Shown: positions 63,440 through 64,000 of the stretch, in pieces
Position numbering within the stretch: position 1 is the first letter of the stretch
Layout: each line of letters opens with the position of its first letter
Assembly (NCBI RefSeq): GCF_000143415.4
Contig: NW_003314376.1
Location: forward strand, 280,156 to 344,155
Origin: Selaginella moellendorffii
Lineage: Eukaryota > Plantae > Lycopodiophyta
Direction of reading: 5' to 3'
DNA: 64,000 nt
The notes under the pieces: model-generated
What the model saw: only the letters and a program-made list of their open reading frames with translations
Database searches by the model: none
What the model was told of the DNA's origin: nothing
Translations under genes and position numbers: made by a program

Positions 63440-63917
63440 ATGCACTTAAATTTTGAATGATGTTTCCAATTTTAAAATTTTGTAAGAAAAAAAAGTTACT
63501 CATTTGAAAGACTTTTAGCTATACAAATATGTTTACTAGCAAACCAAAATGCCAAATAATATTAGTGTTTAAACAATTTAATTGGTACAGAAGACCATAC
63601 TAATTGATTTATATTGTGTTGGTTTTACCAATTGCTTTACTCATCCTCTTGCATAACACTGCAAAGCAAAACACTATCCCTTTTCCTCCTCCTCATGTGA
63701 ATACTATTACTATATTATGTATTATTATTATAAGCATTAGTAACATTCTTCATGGTTGCCTGCAGATGCAGCTGCTTGGCTATAGAAACTTGCTGGAGAT
63801 GGTGGTCTTTCCAAAGCTCATCTCTCAAAAGGCTCTTGAAATGCAACAAAGCTGCCAGAAAGGATGAGCATTAGCATGGTGAAGAGAAAAGTTTTGGCAT
63901 TTTTGTTTCTTTGCTAA

Positions 63918-63964
63918 GGGGAGATAGCTCAGATGGTAGAGCGCTCGCTTAGGGATCATCTCCA
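63918..63964 (+). pseudogene. tRNA-Ala pseudogene with two deletions
   Basis: GGGGAGATAGCTCAGATGGTAGAGCGCTCGCTTA|GGGATC|ATCTCCA; shares the first deletion and the GGGGAGA start with 12482-12538. Confidence 0.88.
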
Positions 63965-64000
63965 AATATGTTCAATTATTTGACCGATTTTCCTGGTGTT

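Larger units (their letters stand above)
40415..64000 (+). repeat. Tandem array of the duplicon (period about 5.7 kb) with nested insertions
   Basis: GCCCAATATCTCTATTTGTTTG recurs at ~48974 and ~54665; the ORC6 tail recurs at ~63437; 40500-41420 matches 52250-53365 and 42600-43400 matches 53370-54050. Confidence 0.88.

Overview
Eukaryotic, land-plant nuclear DNA. Most likely a lycophyte such as Selaginella; this is inferred from 50-70 nt introns, very compact GC-rich genes and the style of the PLS-PPR remnants, and is not verified by search. The window has three zones. (1) 1-19.5 kb: a nested pair of decayed Ty3/gypsy LTR retrotransposons, followed by two inverted copies of a mosaic duplicon. 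(2) 19.3-40.4 kb: a gene-dense island with ORC6, eEF1B, RER1, an At5g65660-like membrane protein, an intron-rich cyanobacterial-type RpiA and a NIT4-like nitrilase. It ends in a tight cluster of four transcription-factor genes from different families: type I MADS, an unusual tandem-Dof+EAR protein, a ZAT/DAZ-like C2H2 protein and an RKD pseudogene. (3) 40.4-64 kb: a tandem array of the same duplicon (about 5.7 kb per unit) with nested insertions. The duplicon joins the last exons of ORC6, a tRNA-Ala(AGC) gene, a His/Pro/Ala-rich single-pass membrane protein gene, a PPR remnant and AT-rich DNA. The copy next to the intact ORC6 holds the only intact tRNA and looks like the source. The most notable observations are the TF cluster with its double-Dof gene, the amplifying ORC6-tRNA-His-rich duplicon, a circularly permuted 3.7 kb insertion, and repeated insertion of apparently tRNA-Ala-primed elements upstream of tRNA-Ala copies. 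Exon structures were read by eye and no database searches were run.
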